Source: Podarcis vaucheri (taxonomy: Eukaryota). From it: a stretch of 64,000 bases of DNA. Location: the NCBI GenBank assembly GCA_965113315.1, contig OZ220367.1. One strand, written 5' to 3'. Below are positions 13,741 through 26,299 of this stretch, in pieces. The position numbers and the translations under genes are program-made. The stretch's first letter is position 1. Each line of letters opens with the position of its first letter. The notes under the pieces are model-generated. The model was given only the letters and a program-made list of their open reading frames with translations, had not been told where the DNA came from and searched no databases.

Positions 13741-14980
13741 AAGAACATGAGAAGAGCACTGGCGGATCAGCCCAATGGCTCATCTATTCCAGCATCCTAT
13801 GCTCACAGTGGCCAACCAGTTGCCCAAGGGAAGCCCGTAAGAAGAGTCACAATAACACTATCTCCAATTGTGGTTCCAAGATCTGGCATTCAGAGGCATT
13901 CTTATATCAACATTCACTTTCATAAAACATCCACTTTTGGGAAGTGCATCCCAACATGTCCTAAAATATCTTGCTTTCCTCAGTTTCGAGGTGTTTCTTC
14001 TTAGCAGAGGTGCCACCAAGATTGAGGGTGCACAGGGCATGTCACACAGGCACCACTTGCATCTCTCAACACTGCACAGGCCATTGTCACCTTGCGCCAG
14101 GCCGCACCAGCCCCCACAGCATCTCCTGATGCAGGCCGGTGCAGCCTTCCACTAGGTCAAACCGGTCTTCGCAGCATCTACCGACATCCATGAAGAGGAT
14201 GGGGCCCTCTTCAAACAAATATTGAGGGGGTTGAAGACACCTCAGCCCCCTAGAGTTGGTATGCCTAGACAAGGGACTGAAAGACCCTCACCTTCTTGTT
14301 AAAGAGATCTGTGAATTGAATTTTTTATTTAATGGCAACTGCAGATTGGATTGGAACTAGGGTTGCCGGGTCAGGAGCGTTTGAGGCCCTGGGATTTGAA
14401 GGCACAAACCTAGGAGCCACTTCTGATGATGTCATCGGAGCAGGCCCTGGGAATGTCATTAAGCATTATCCATTTTAAGCATTAACCAGACTCACTGAGA
14501 CCATGTCATTCACATAAAGGGTGTGTTCCTTGTTAGGATATTTCCGTTCCACCTTAAAAAGGGAGCAGGTTGTTGTGTCACAGCCTGCGTATTTCCTGCT
14601 CACAGGAAGTTACTGTTTTGTGTATAGCTTTCATTCTCTCTCTGTGCCTGAACACGCAGACAGGCAGTCATGTTTTTTTCTTTGTTCTGACCAACGCTGA
14701 ATAAAGTTGTAAATAATGCTCTCCTGAGTGCATCTTTCGCTGTGTGAACTCTGCTGAAAGGGCGTGCACTAGCTTTGGAATGTGGCATGCTGTTTCTGAG
14801 GCTTGTGTCGCTAATTGACTGATACTGCGTTTCTACTGGAGATTGATGGATCGCCCGGAGACGGCTTGGGGGCATGATGGCCTTTGTCTCCCTGGCAGTA
14901 TCCCAACATTCCTATGCTCTATGTGAACTGCTTTTGTGAAGAGCTGGTGTTAATGATGCACTTGCAAATTGGTACAAGTT

Positions 14981-15319
14981 GGGACGCAGGTGGCACTGTG
15001 GTCTAAACCACTGAGCCTAGGGCTTGCCGATCAGAAGGTCGGCAGTTCGAATCCCCATGACGGGGTGAGCTCCTGTTACTCGGTCCCAGCTCCTGCCAAC
15101 CTAGCAGTTCGAAAGCATGTCAAAGTGCAAGTAGATAAATAGGTACCACTCAGGCGGGAAGGTAAACAGCGTTTCCGTGCACTGCTCTGGTTTGCCAGAA
15201 GCGGCTTAGTCATGTTGGCCACATGACCCGGAAGCTGTACACCAGCTCCCTTGGTCAGCGCCGCAACCCCAGAGTCGTCCACGACTGGACCTAAGGGTCA
15301 GGGGTCCCTTTACCTTTAC
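14981..15319 (+). mobile_element. Sauria (Squam1) SINE
   Basis: gggacgcaggtggcactgtggtctaaacc head, gttcgaatcccc B box, (ACCTTT)n tail. Confidence 0.88.
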
Positions 15320-16347
15320 ATTTAAAGGTGCTGTCCCCCATCTGGAGATTCAATCCCTCTCCCTGCCACCTGGTAGGAGGGCAAAATGAGAAACAGAAAT
15401 ATTTGCTCATCCCTAGTTGAGGACAGACTGGGGGCAATCGTGGGAGCGGTGAATTGAACCCCCTTCCTTAATGCCATGGTCTCAGTTAGGGTTTCCAGAC
15501 CCCTAGGGCTGACCTGTGGAAGATAACTGAATGGCAACCAAGGGCATCGCTAACATGCTCATTCCCACAAGCCCACATGTCGTAATGGGGAACAGTGCGA
15601 AAGCTTAGATGTCCCATAAATAAAATAAATAAAAAATAAAAACCCTTAATTGTACTGCTTGGACAGGGCATTTCAGTGTACACACATTGGAGTCATCTGT
15701 TTATGACTGCACATCAAGCAACAATAAAAGGGGTTAGGGCAAATCAAGCAGCTACCATCACCAGACCAAGTTCATGAATCTCTGAACAATGATATGATCT
15801 GGGCTGATTGTTTCAAATCTGAAGCAATATGTCAACAAATCAGGGATTACAGAAAGGCTTGCACTTCTTAAGCTACACAGTTAATTAGATCCACAGAGAC
15901 TCTGTTTCTCTATGGAAAGAAAACAAAAAAAGGGAAGGTTATCAGTTGTTGCTTTTAAAGTTTCTGGGTAACCTGAACGTTTGGTAGTGAGTAAAACAAG
16001 GCTCTAGTTACTAATTTGCTTAGTTTGACATGGAAAAAATCATTGTGCAAGCTGTTACTGCATGAGCAATTAAACAACGAAAGAAACTTAATGTAGCTTT
16101 CTTTTCTTCACAGGGCAGGCTTCTTCATTTTTGCCCCTTAAACAATTTTCACCTTGCCACTCATAGTGTCCAGCCATATTTGTGAAATAAATAAACAAAA
16201 TACTCCATGTGCCACTCACAAACTGGGTGTGATGTAACAGTCAAGTTCGCTGTTCCCCTCCAGCAGTTAGAGGGGAAGGATGACAAAGGGCACAAGGGAG
16301 CCTCTGGACACAAGGCCAAACTCCATGTGGATTTTTCCAATAATGGC

Positions 16348-16728
16348 TGTTGGTTGTCAGCCGTGACTCCCGCTAATTGATTTGCGAACCTCAATTAGCG
16401 ATTTATGGCCGCCCGGCACACTTCCGCTCGCAGCTCTCCGTCACGGCTCAGCAGAGTTTCGCACAGCGGTGTAAAACTGTCACGTAGCTTGGCTCAGCTT
16501 ACAGACAAACACACAGAGTCCAGTTTGTCTATTTACAGCCGTTTATTTCAACATTTCCTCAGAATTCTCCAGGACTTCTCACAGCCATTATGGGACTGCT
16601 CTTTTCCCCTCACAGCATAGAGTGAGAATGACAAATTCCTCCCAAGCTCCTCCCAAGCTTCGAAAACTGACGTCAGAATGGTGTGGCATCATGGGAAGAA
16701 CTTAACCTGTTAAGTTCCAAGCTCAACA
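16348..16728 (-). repeat. 3' LTR of Copia element
   Basis: Direct repeat of 19618-19998; PPT immediately upstream on the minus strand. Confidence 0.93.
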
Positions 16729-19367
16729 CCCCCCTTTGCCGCACCTTCTGACAAGACCCTTTTGAGTTCAACACCTTACCCTTTGCCTTGTGCCCCTTCC
16801 CGGCATCTTTCCCAGGCACCTGTTGAACCCCTTCAACACTTCCAGACTCACACTGTGCGAATTTTGCCCACGCACTTGTTGCTTGGTACCTTTCAGGTGG
16901 AACGCCCTTTGTTGCGCGACTTGACCTTCTGGGCACAAACTCAGATGTTACCTCTGACTCACTGCCACCAGGAAATGTGTCCTCAGCATCACGGGATTCC
17001 CCCTCTGACTTAAAACGTTTTCGAATCCTCTCCATTACACTCACAGGGGAACTGGGCTCGCTTTTGGGTGTTCTCCTAACATCTTGTGGAGAAACTACCG
17101 ATACCTCCTCCTGTTCCTGACTTTGGTCAGTGACCTGATCGTCATCATCAGACTCAGCCTCTCTTTCCTCCCCCTCAGAATCTTCCTGTTCTGAATCAGA
17201 GAGACACTCTGAAAGAACATCACGCTTGACAGCAGCTTGTGACTTTTTATCCTGCTCATAGAACTCAGCGTGTTTACTGATCAGTAACTTACTCTGATCA
17301 CCTGATGGAAACGCAAACCTCCATGCACACGCTGCTGGCTCATACCCACAGAAGATCATTTTTCGGAACCTGGATCCATCTGGCCCCTGCAAAGCAGCAG
17401 GTACTGACACAGATGCATGTGACCCGAACATACGCAAAAAATGAATCTGGGGTTTCCTGCCATGCAACAAACCAAATGGTGTGTCACCTACCATTGAATT
17501 GTAGGTCCGATTCCAGGTGAAGCTTACATACTTGATTGCCTCCAGCCAAAACCTTGGAGGTAACCCAGAATCTTCCAGCAACACCTGTGCAGTTTTAACC
17601 AGAGCCTGACATTTGAGCTCTGACACTCCCCTCTCATTGGGTGAAGTCACTGTGTGACGTATCCCTTTCTTGCGAAAGTACTTCTGCAAAGCAGAACCTG
17701 TAAACTCAGCTCCTCTGTCACTTGTGACAGCTTGCACTTTGGTGGAAAACCTTTGTTCCACCTCCTCAATCCATCCTTTGATCAGCTGTGCTGCATCATC
17801 CTTGGATTTGAGACCATGGGTCCAGGAATTCTGCGTAAAATTATCCTGCATCGTAAGCAGATACCTTGACCCTCCCAGACTTGGTTCCTTTACCGGACCC
17901 CACAAATCTATGTGAACTAGCTCAAAAGGTTTTGTTGTTATCCTCTCTACTTTTGGATAACTGCAACCTTTTACCTTTGCCAGCTTGCAAGTTTCACAAC
18001 TTACAGCATGTCCACATTCTGAGATCTTACACCCTTTAGAAACTTCCGGCAGCACCTGTAGTTCTTCTAGAGAACTATGGGCTGTTCGTGTATGTCAAGC
18101 ATGTACGCATGAATCATGATTGGGAATTGTAGCACGTAGTGCTTGTGCTTTCTCAACCTTCCCATCACCCTCCAGAGACGTTTTAAGAATGAAGAGCTCA
18201 TTCTGCCCCTTTTTAACCTTGGCAAGCATCCTCCCTCCTTTGGAGATTGTGCACACATCACCCTGAAAACAAACCGTAAATCCCTTTTTCAGTAAATAAG
18301 GCACAGATAAAAGACAGTGGTGCATCCCAGGAACAGTACAACACTTCAACGTTTCCTGTAAAATACAAAAATGCAGATTTACAGCATTAGTCATATTTCT
18401 TTTCTGTCCATTTGCAAAGAGAACAGTCTTCCCAGCCGGGATTGCCTTGCAATCCCACCTCTCAATAGCAGGTGTCTCTGGAATCAAATTGCGATTAGCT
18501 GCAGAGTCAATGACAAAACTTAGCTCCTCCGTCCCACAGCTGTCTTCAAACAGCGCCAGACTAGCTGTTATTTGATAAGTCTCTTCCTGGCACCTGGCAC
18601 GTCCACCAGCCTCAGTCCCACGCCTGGTTGTTTTTCCAGACCGGTTGCCATGGAAACCCGCCTGATTCCCATGAGAAGTGTCCTTGACAACATCCTGCCT
18701 TGCCTCTCTGCTCCGGTGGGGGCAATCTCGACGCAGATGTCCCGCTGCATTACACACGTAGCAACGACGAACTCCAGTGGAAAAACACTGCCTGGGGCTC
18801 CTCCCAGCCGGCCTCCTTCTCCTTCTTCCGGAAAAGCACTCCTTGCCAGATCCGCCCCCCCTGAACTGCTGCTCCATTCCAGCAGGTTCAGTGGAAAACT
18901 TTTCAAACTTGCCTTTGGAACTTTCCGCCCCCCCCGACTTGCTCACTAGCACTCCTTGAGGCTAAATCATCAGGAACAGGGGCTCCAGCCATCTCTAGGC
19001 TCTCAGCTTCCATCTGCCCTTGGCTTCCTGCTGAGTCTTCACACAGACGTTTCAGCACACGCCAAGCCTCACACGCAGACTCAATGCCTTCCAGGTGATG
19101 TTGCAAATTAGCATGAACACCTGCTCTCAACATGCAGATCTCAGCTCTCTCAGCTTTCTCTCTCTGCATTTTCTCCTCCAGAGAAACAGACTTCAGCTTT
19201 CCTGCATCTCTGTCCACCAGTTGCACTGGTTCCCTCTGGGAAATGTCCCAAACTTCCGTGGCTATGAACCACGCTCTCACCCATCTTGCCCATGTATTCC
19301 ACGCTTGGGCGGTGAGTTCCTCAAGCTGTTCAAACGGAGCTTAAATCACCTCCTGGCCATCTGCCAT
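16729..19367 (-). pseudogene. Disrupted Copia gag-PR-IN polyprotein
   Basis: ATG at 19367; in-frame TAA at 19343-19341; frameshift probably in the G-run near 18930; TGA at 18097-18095 where W of the W-H-x-R-x-x-H motif is expected; the integrase ORF runs into the 3' LTR. Confidence 0.85.
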
Positions 19368-19617
19368 GTTCCTCCCGTTCTCCCAAGGGGCCCCAAGCTG
19401 TACTTACAAAAGCACCAGCTCCTCTGGCGTGGAGAAACGATTCCTTGCTGCTCTCAGCTCTTGGCAACACAGGCACTTTCTGCGTCTTTCAGCTTGCTTG
19501 CTTGCTTGCTTCTGCCCCTGCCGTGCTTCTCTGCTCGACACCGCAGATTTCAAAGCTCCCGACAGCCTCTCGTGACAGGTTTACGATAGGTGATTAAGGT
19601 TACCCATAACCTCTGGC

Positions 19618-19998
19618 TGTTGGTTGTCAGCCGTGACTCCCGCTAATTGATTTGTGAACCTCAATTAGCGATTTATGGCCGCCCGGCACACTTCCGCTCG
19701 CAGCTCTCCGTCACGGCTCAGCAGAGTTTCGCACAGCGGTGTAAAACTGTCACGTAGCTTGGCTCAGCTTACAGACAAACACACAGAGTCCAGTTTGTCT
19801 ATTTACAGCCGTTTATTTCAACATTTCCTCAGAATTCTCCAGGACTTCTCGCAGCCATTATGGGACTGCTCTTTTCCCCTCACAGCATAGAGTGAGAATG
19901 ACAAATTCCTCCCAAGCTCCTCCCAAGCTTCGAAAACTGACGTCAGAATGGTGTGGCATCATGGGAAGAACTTAACCTGTTAAGTTCCAAGCTCAACA
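19618..19998 (-). repeat. 5' LTR of Copia element
   Basis: Direct repeat of 16348-16728; followed by PBS on the minus strand. Confidence 0.93.
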
Positions 19999-20173
19999 AT
20001 GTAGCTGCTCATTTCTGATGGGAAACACCATCAGATAAATCCAGTTCTCCTTTTGGAAACATTTTGGATAGGAACACCGAGAGAGGGGGAAGAAATACAG
20101 TCTCGTTTCTCTTTCGATTCGGGATTCAGAAATTATTCTGTTTTGAAGTCAGGGTTTTTGTCAGGCCAGTTAT

Positions 20174-20535
20174 TTTTTCCCCTTCCCCCAGCAACTGTCT
20201 ATTGAGGTAAAAAAGTTTGTGTTTGACACTACTTCAAAATTTCATACATTGGCTATTAAAAGGTAAAAACGATCAAGCAGGTTTATTTCAGCATTGAATC
20301 TTTGTTAGCTTCTGCCAGTGCTCTTGCAATTCGTTCCATTTCCTCACACTTCTTTTTCTCCTCTGCTGCTATTCTACTTTCCTCCTCAGCAATAGGCTTC
20401 GAATGGTCATATCTTTTCTTTCCATGGACTATCCCCATGAGCACTGAATGCCTGTCGAACTTGTTCAGAGGGGAAACATCCACCGGCGGAATCATCTTGC
20501 CTCCTCATCTGACCACTAAGAAGGCAGTGACCACG
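20174..20535 (-). pseudogene. ATP5ME: Processed retrocopy of ATP synthase membrane subunit e (ORF 20495..20283, 70 aa, uninterrupted)
   Basis: MIPPVDVSPLNKFDRHSVLMGIVHGKKRYDHSKPIAEEESRIAAEEKKKCEEMERIARALAEANKDSMLK aligns by eye to ATP5ME/ATP5I (MVPPVQVSPLIK...AEEERRIAAEEKKK...DSILK). No introns; A-rich tail remnant; TSD aggccagtt(a/g)t at 20163-20173 and 20536-20546. Confidence 0.9.
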
Positions 20536-21189
20536 AGGCCAGTTGTGATAATAGAAAAACAGAGCTGGCTGGAGACCAAACTGAGCTGTCCAATACAGCT
20601 TTCAGATTTCCTATCTTTGCTTTAATGGATTTGGCTGAAAAAGTTTCAAGTAGCCTTGCTTAATTGAGACATTTGATGAAACCCACACCACTAAGTGTTC
20701 CACTAAACCAAAAGAGATATAATATATTATTGAACATAAAGTGGAATTTAGTGAACTGCATTTATTTTTACCTGGAACGAGCCTAATGTTGCTTGGATGT
20801 AAGCCCTAGAGATGCATCCAGTTATTTCCATGTTTGTGTGTCTGAAAGCTGTGTGGCAAGAAATTTCTCCAAATGCAGGAATCAGTAATCATAGTACATT
20901 GTGGGACATCAACTCTCACCATCCCTGACCATTGGCCATGATGGCCAGGGCCAATTGAAGTTCTCCAATGACATTCAAATGAATTTTCCATATTGAGAGT
21001 AGTTTTGAATGTTACTGAAGAACCACCACTGGCAGAACACACATTTGTGATGTGTGATGGAAACACAAGTCTAAAACTTCAGATGGGGGTGGGGAATGGC
21101 TGCATGGGGAGTTGCCCAACTTAACAGGAATTAAACATATCTTCTATCTGTCACTTCTCCCCTGCAGATCACCCTCTCCAAATGCTACT

Positions 21190-21609
21190 TTGTTGTTGTT
21201 GTTGTTTAGTCGTGTCCGACTCTTCATGACCCCATGGACCAGAGCACACCAGGCACTCCTGTCTTCCACTGCCTCCCGCAGTTTGGTCAGACTCATGTTT
21301 GTAGCTTCGAGAACACTGTCCAACCATCCTGTCCTCTGTCCTCTGTCGTCCCCTTCTCCCTGTGCCCTCAATCTTTCCCAGCATCAGGGTCTTTTCCAGG
21401 GAGTCTTTTCTCATGAGGTCACCAAAGTATTGGAGCCTCAGCTTCAGGATCTGTCCTTCCAGTGAGCACTCAGGGCTGATTTCCTTAAGAATGGATAGGT
21501 TTGATCTTCTTGCAGTCCATGGGACTCTCAAGAGTCTCCTCCAGCACCATAATTCAAAAGCATCAATTCTTCAGCGATCAGCCTTCTTTATGGTCCAGCT
21601 CTCACTTCC
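21190..21609 (-). mobile_element. RTE-BovB LINE 3' fragment
   Basis: VPWTARRSNLSILKEISPECSLEGQILKLRLQYFG...DSLEKTLMLGKIEG; (CAA)n tail. Confidence 0.9.
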
Positions 21610-23705
21610 AGATAGTAGATAAATGATAGGCAGGTCTTGGTAATGGAAGCTGGCTAGTAAGAAACTTACTCTAAAATCACATTTTCTTTCATAGTTCATC
21701 CCCCAGTTGCCGAAGAATGAATGTTCCTTCCTTTGTAATGCTGCAGCTTTCATAAATTTCATAAATTTGTACACACATAGGTCTGATTCATACATCAAAG
21801 TAATGGGCTGATAAGATGTGGTTTATAGACCCAGCAATGAACCATGCACCCTTTCCCCTGACCTTGGCACAGAGATTACAGATATTTGAATTGGGAAACT
21901 ATGGTTTAATCTCTGCCTACTTGCCAGCCTGCCATTAGGTAGAGTGATACAGCTACCTCAGGCAGGTTTTTTATGTCATGAAAAGGTAGCAAATTGTTGG
22001 CTATTTAATTGATTACTGCATCTTTACTGCCAGGGAGGAGTAGCTCTTGTGGGATTTCCTACTTTCCTTTTCGTGTCCTTGTTAGTAGGTTGGATTGAAC
22101 CATAGTTTCCTACTTCAAAAGTAATAGGGAACTGTGGTGCACCGTGATCTTAGCATTGGAGCTGAGTGTGGGATGGAGTGCATGTGGGGGAACATATAGG
22201 AACAGGGCTCCTTTACCATAAGAAACATGGGTTTATTGGTCTGAGATTGTTATGTTTAAACATACTCTGCAGCAGTCTACAAGAGCCTAGTAGCAATTCA
22301 GTATACCTGCCTTTCTCCTCTTGCATGCATGGCTGAATGATGGCATTTTTTATCTGCCCTTGGAGAACACAATCACAAACCTAAATATTGATGAAACCTA
22401 AGATTTCTTTCCAGTTCCTGTCTCGTAACTGGTCTATTGAATTTCCACAAGTGGAATTGCTAGACAGAACATTATTTATGTTCTATTTTACTGTTAGCCA
22501 TGAATAGTCATAGCTTGAAAAGATCACATTATCAAAAGATAAAGAGGATCTTGAAAGACATCAGAACCCAGCTTTTGCATGCTTTCAGACAATTACAGTA
22601 TTTGACCAGCACAAATGGAAGAGGACAGACTTTTCTAGAGCTGCAGAGAGATGTAATTTCACAAATACATGGTAGTTTTTGTGCCATTTAAACAATGGTG
22701 TAGTCCATACTTGTAGAATAATAGGTTTTTATGCTCCTGAGCAGCACAGTATTTTCTAATTTGAAAGGGATTGCCACGGTCTTTACATAATTGTAGGAGG
22801 GAGTTTGCTGTTATTTAAGCCAGCTGGAAAAAGCAGAATATGTGATAAACACTCCCAGGTTTGATAACAAGCTTCATTTAAATTTGAGGGCAGAAGATCG
22901 AGGTAGAAAGAGAAAGCTCTAGGAATTCACAGCTGTTGTGTAAAATCCTAAAAGGTCATTTGCCAGTCACAGCTCTAACTTCACTCACTGGTTAAAACCC
23001 TGTGAGGTAAAGGCTGGGACTACCAGCCAGTCTAGCTCTGAAAACAGAAATTACAGCTTGGGGGGACCTTACCTTTTGACATTTCTCTCTTGAACCAGAG
23101 CATCCATAAACTTTCTTTAAAAAAAAACAAAAACAAAGCTAAAAGTCCTGGGCCCCTGGTGGTCTTTGCCTCCCAAATCAGACCCCTTCTGACCACCTGA
23201 TCGGAGCCCAATCTGCACCACTAGCCTTAGGCCCAGCTACAGAGGAATATGCAGGCCAGGATTATAGAGGAGGCAAATCTGGACTGAGTTTCCTTTACGT
23301 TTCCCAAGGCAGGGTCCTGGCTCACTGGCTGGCAGTGCCGGGGGTTGTAATCAATTAAGTTTGAGTACACCCACTGAAATTAATTAACATGAGTAAGTTA
23401 GGTCCATTCTGAGGAAAACATAGTTGACTACCACCCATTTATTCCAGGATTTCCTGGTTTCTGTTTGTGGTTTACCACCTTATTAATTGAGAATAAATCA
23501 TGAGCAACCCTACAAATTATATGTATGTTTATATAAAGGCACCTTGCAGTTTTAGCTACTCATCTGTTTGTAGCAGAAGCTTAAGCCAACCTCTTTCACA
23601 ACCCAGGAACTAGTACTTCAAGCCTACCTCAAGTATATTAAAATTTTGTGGGTGTTTTTTGTGTTCCTCTATGATTCCAGAAGTGCATGCATATTTACAG
23701 GAAGA

Positions 23706-24142
23706 TGTTAGAATTCCTGCTCCATGATTGCAGTCATGTCTATCACATGACAGTATATGTTTTGACTCCACAGATTGGGATGTGATGGAGACAGGATGTT
23801 TATGTTACTGTGTTCCGAGAAGTGGGAATATTGTCCTTTGTTCTTTTTCTCTTTGCTGTCCGATGCTAGAGAGAAAGGGAGCCATGTTGCAGTGCTCAGT
23901 GTGTGTTTATATGTAAATAAAGTAGATTAGCCAAAATGCTGAGTTGCTGAGGTCTGTTACGCAGCTGTGCAAACTCTGCGGATCCCTAAGTGTGCAGGTG
24001 TTGGTTGGCGTCGGTCGCTGTGATGTTCGGGCAGAAGAAAGCTTATGAAGCTACCGAACAATCGACCAAGAGGGAGAGAACATGCCAGTCGGGCATGTGT
24101 CTCTACCAGGGTCCTACTCAAGTGTAGGCTGAACTCCTGACA
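23706..24142 (+). mobile_element. Probable solo LTR
   Basis: TGTTAG...CTGACA imperfect inverted ends; AATAAA near 23916; TSD only 3/5 (gaaga/gaggt). Confidence 0.5.
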
Positions 24143-24796
24143 GAGGTATGAAATGAGTCATGGGGCATCAAAGGACAAAGGTGATTTAAAATAAGAGTAT
24201 GGCACGCTTGTTGGTTAGATCCATCCAAACGTGACCCTCAAGTAACTTCAGCACCAATACTGAAAATCTCCGCAACTAATGTAAGCGCTATAGGATGTGT
24301 TTAAAGGGTTCAAACTGATCTGCTTTGGAAAGAATTTATTCAGGGAACTGGCTGAATGCAAAAAATGGATCAAGATCGGGGTCCTAAGCATCTGCTGCAG
24401 GGGTGGGGGGTTTCTTCCAGCCTGAGGGTCACATTGCTTTCTTGGCAAACTTTTAGGGGCCACATGCCAGTTGTGATCAGGGCCAGAGGCAAAAGTGGGT
24501 GGAGTAACTCATTTTTACCCTTGTACATTAGGCTAGTTTCTGCACATACTTATATTCCCCTCTGTTCTCCATACAGGGAAGAAAGAGGCGTTCCAGCCAG
24601 GCAAAAGCTCTCAAGAAGGATGCAAAGGAGGTCGAGTAATGGAGGTGGGTGAGGAGGGTGTGTGGCAGGAAGAGAGGCTTGGTGGGCCGCATTTGGGGCT
24701 CAGTTCCCCATTCCTGGTCTATTGCCATCTGTGTGACTAAAACTGAATGATTAAATGAGTTGGCATGAAGTACAGAAACAATCACTTTACAAAATC

Positions 24797-24802
24797 TTTA
24801 TT
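24797..24802 (-). terminator. Candidate ST6GAL1 polyadenylation signal (implies ~4-kb 3'UTR)
   Basis: First minus-strand AATAAA I found downstream of the stop, followed by U/GU-rich sequence; not verified. Confidence 0.3.
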
Positions 24803-24998
24803 ACAAATTTTACATCTTTGGGTCCTTCAGAATTATTTCAGTCGATTTCAAAGATCATTGTTGACAAATCACATAGACGAGGTTCTGTGTTTTCATTTCA
24901 CATTGGGGAAAAAGCAAACATTTCTTGAGAAAAGTAGTCTATACATGTATATAAAACTGGCAATCACAACCCTGGGAGCAAAGTAGTTATTCCAAATG

Positions 24999-25000
<2 letters not shown>

Positions 25001-25033
<33 letters not shown>
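25001..25033. repeat. (TG)n microsatellite
   Basis: Seen directly. Confidence 0.95.
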
Positions 25034-25035
<2 letters not shown>

Positions 25036-25587
25036 CCACAATTAAATAGAGAATGTTATTTTCAGTACAAGCCTGAATTTGGAGCTTGGGATTCAGAAAT
25101 TGACTTTGGGGGGGGGTCAGTCAAATTTACAGTGTTATTATCAAGTCACATCATTTCCTTCACATGGTCAGCAAAATAAGGGAGAGTCACATTATGCAGA
25201 TACTCAAAACTGGCTTCTCTAAACAGTGTTTCTAATAAGGTGGCTTCTATCCTGCTGCTGAATCATCTGAGATTAATGGAAAGCCACTCAGTATCTCTGT
25301 CCAGGTAGAGTCTTCTACTGTTGTTGCTCCTAAATTGTGACTATCCTTGGTCTGCCAGGCATTGTTCAGAAAGCTGAAGCAATATGTGTGTGTACATGCA
25401 CTGAACTAATCCTCAACTGCTCCTCTCTGATATTCAGATACCATACATCATGAATTGACTTGGTGTACATTCTTATGTATGATATATGCTTTGAGAAGCA
25501 GCAAACAGCTTTCAAATAACTACCAGGGGCTTCAAACTGAGCCAATACAGAGGCTGAGGAGAAGGGCAATTTGATGATAGCAAAAAG

Positions 25588-25722
25588 CAGGGCTTTTTTC
25601 AGCCAGAACTCACTGGAACTCAGTTCTGGCGTCTCTCAGATGGGTGCCATTGCTATTCTAAGAGAACAAGGGAGGAATTCGTGGTGAGTTCCAGCACCTC
25701 TTTTTCTGGAAAAATAGCACTG
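25588..25722. mobile_element. hAT-like MITE
   Basis: cagggctttttt...aaaaatagcactg inverted termini with internal inverted repeats. Confidence 0.55.
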
Positions 25723-26299
25723 GCTATAAGGGATAATGGTGATTTTAAGAGAGGCATTGAAAATGAGACACCCCTCCCCCTCTAAAAAAAAAGCTCATTT
25801 TCACAGCAATTACAAGGTTACTACTAGATATGGAAAAGAGGTCTAGTAGTGGGTGCAAAAAAAGGGGGGAGGGCATGCTGATGCTGAGAAGGAACAAGTA
25901 GTGGTGAAATATTTTCAGTCTGAGGGCCATATTTCCTCACAGAGAAACTTCTGTGGGGCGCATGCCAGAGGTGGAGGGGGTCAATACCAAATACACACCC
26001 CACTCACACAAATACACACACACTGTTCTCTCACATCCACACCCTGCCCTCCCATTCACAGTCTCTGAAACCTTCCCTGCTCTCTTGCACCGTTTTTTCC
26101 TTCTCAAGTTATCGTCCTCCCCCTTCTCTTTCTCCAGTCCTGTGAACTGTTGTTCAAGTGCAAATGGGACCCATTTTTTCCCCTAAACCCTCCCACCTGC
26201 CCCCACAAACTGCCCCCCCTTAGGTGGCAATTAGGCTTAGGAACAAAGTTCCCATTCATGTCAAATCCTAGAGGAAAGGGATTGAAAAAGTATTGAAAA

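Larger units (their letters stand above)
16348..19998 (-). mobile_element. Ty1/Copia LTR retrotransposon, non-autonomous (gag, Zn knuckle, protease, integrase; no RT/RNase H)
   Basis: Two 381-bp LTRs TGTTG...CAACA with 2 differences seen; Copia-type PBS GGTTATGGG (19611-19603); PPT GGCAAAGGGGGG (16740-16729); CYVCNAAGHLRRDC; protease FVIDSAA; integrase HIDLWGP / SDRGAEF / GVSE in Copia order. Confidence 0.92.

Noticed and set aside
14981-15070. tRNA-like A/B boxes (also near 7000, 54280, 57100, 59000, 63300)
   Set aside because: SINE heads, not tRNA genes.
16405-16620. Identical 71-aa ORFs at 16405 and 19675
   Set aside because: Antisense ORFs within the two LTR copies; the identity reflects LTR duplication.
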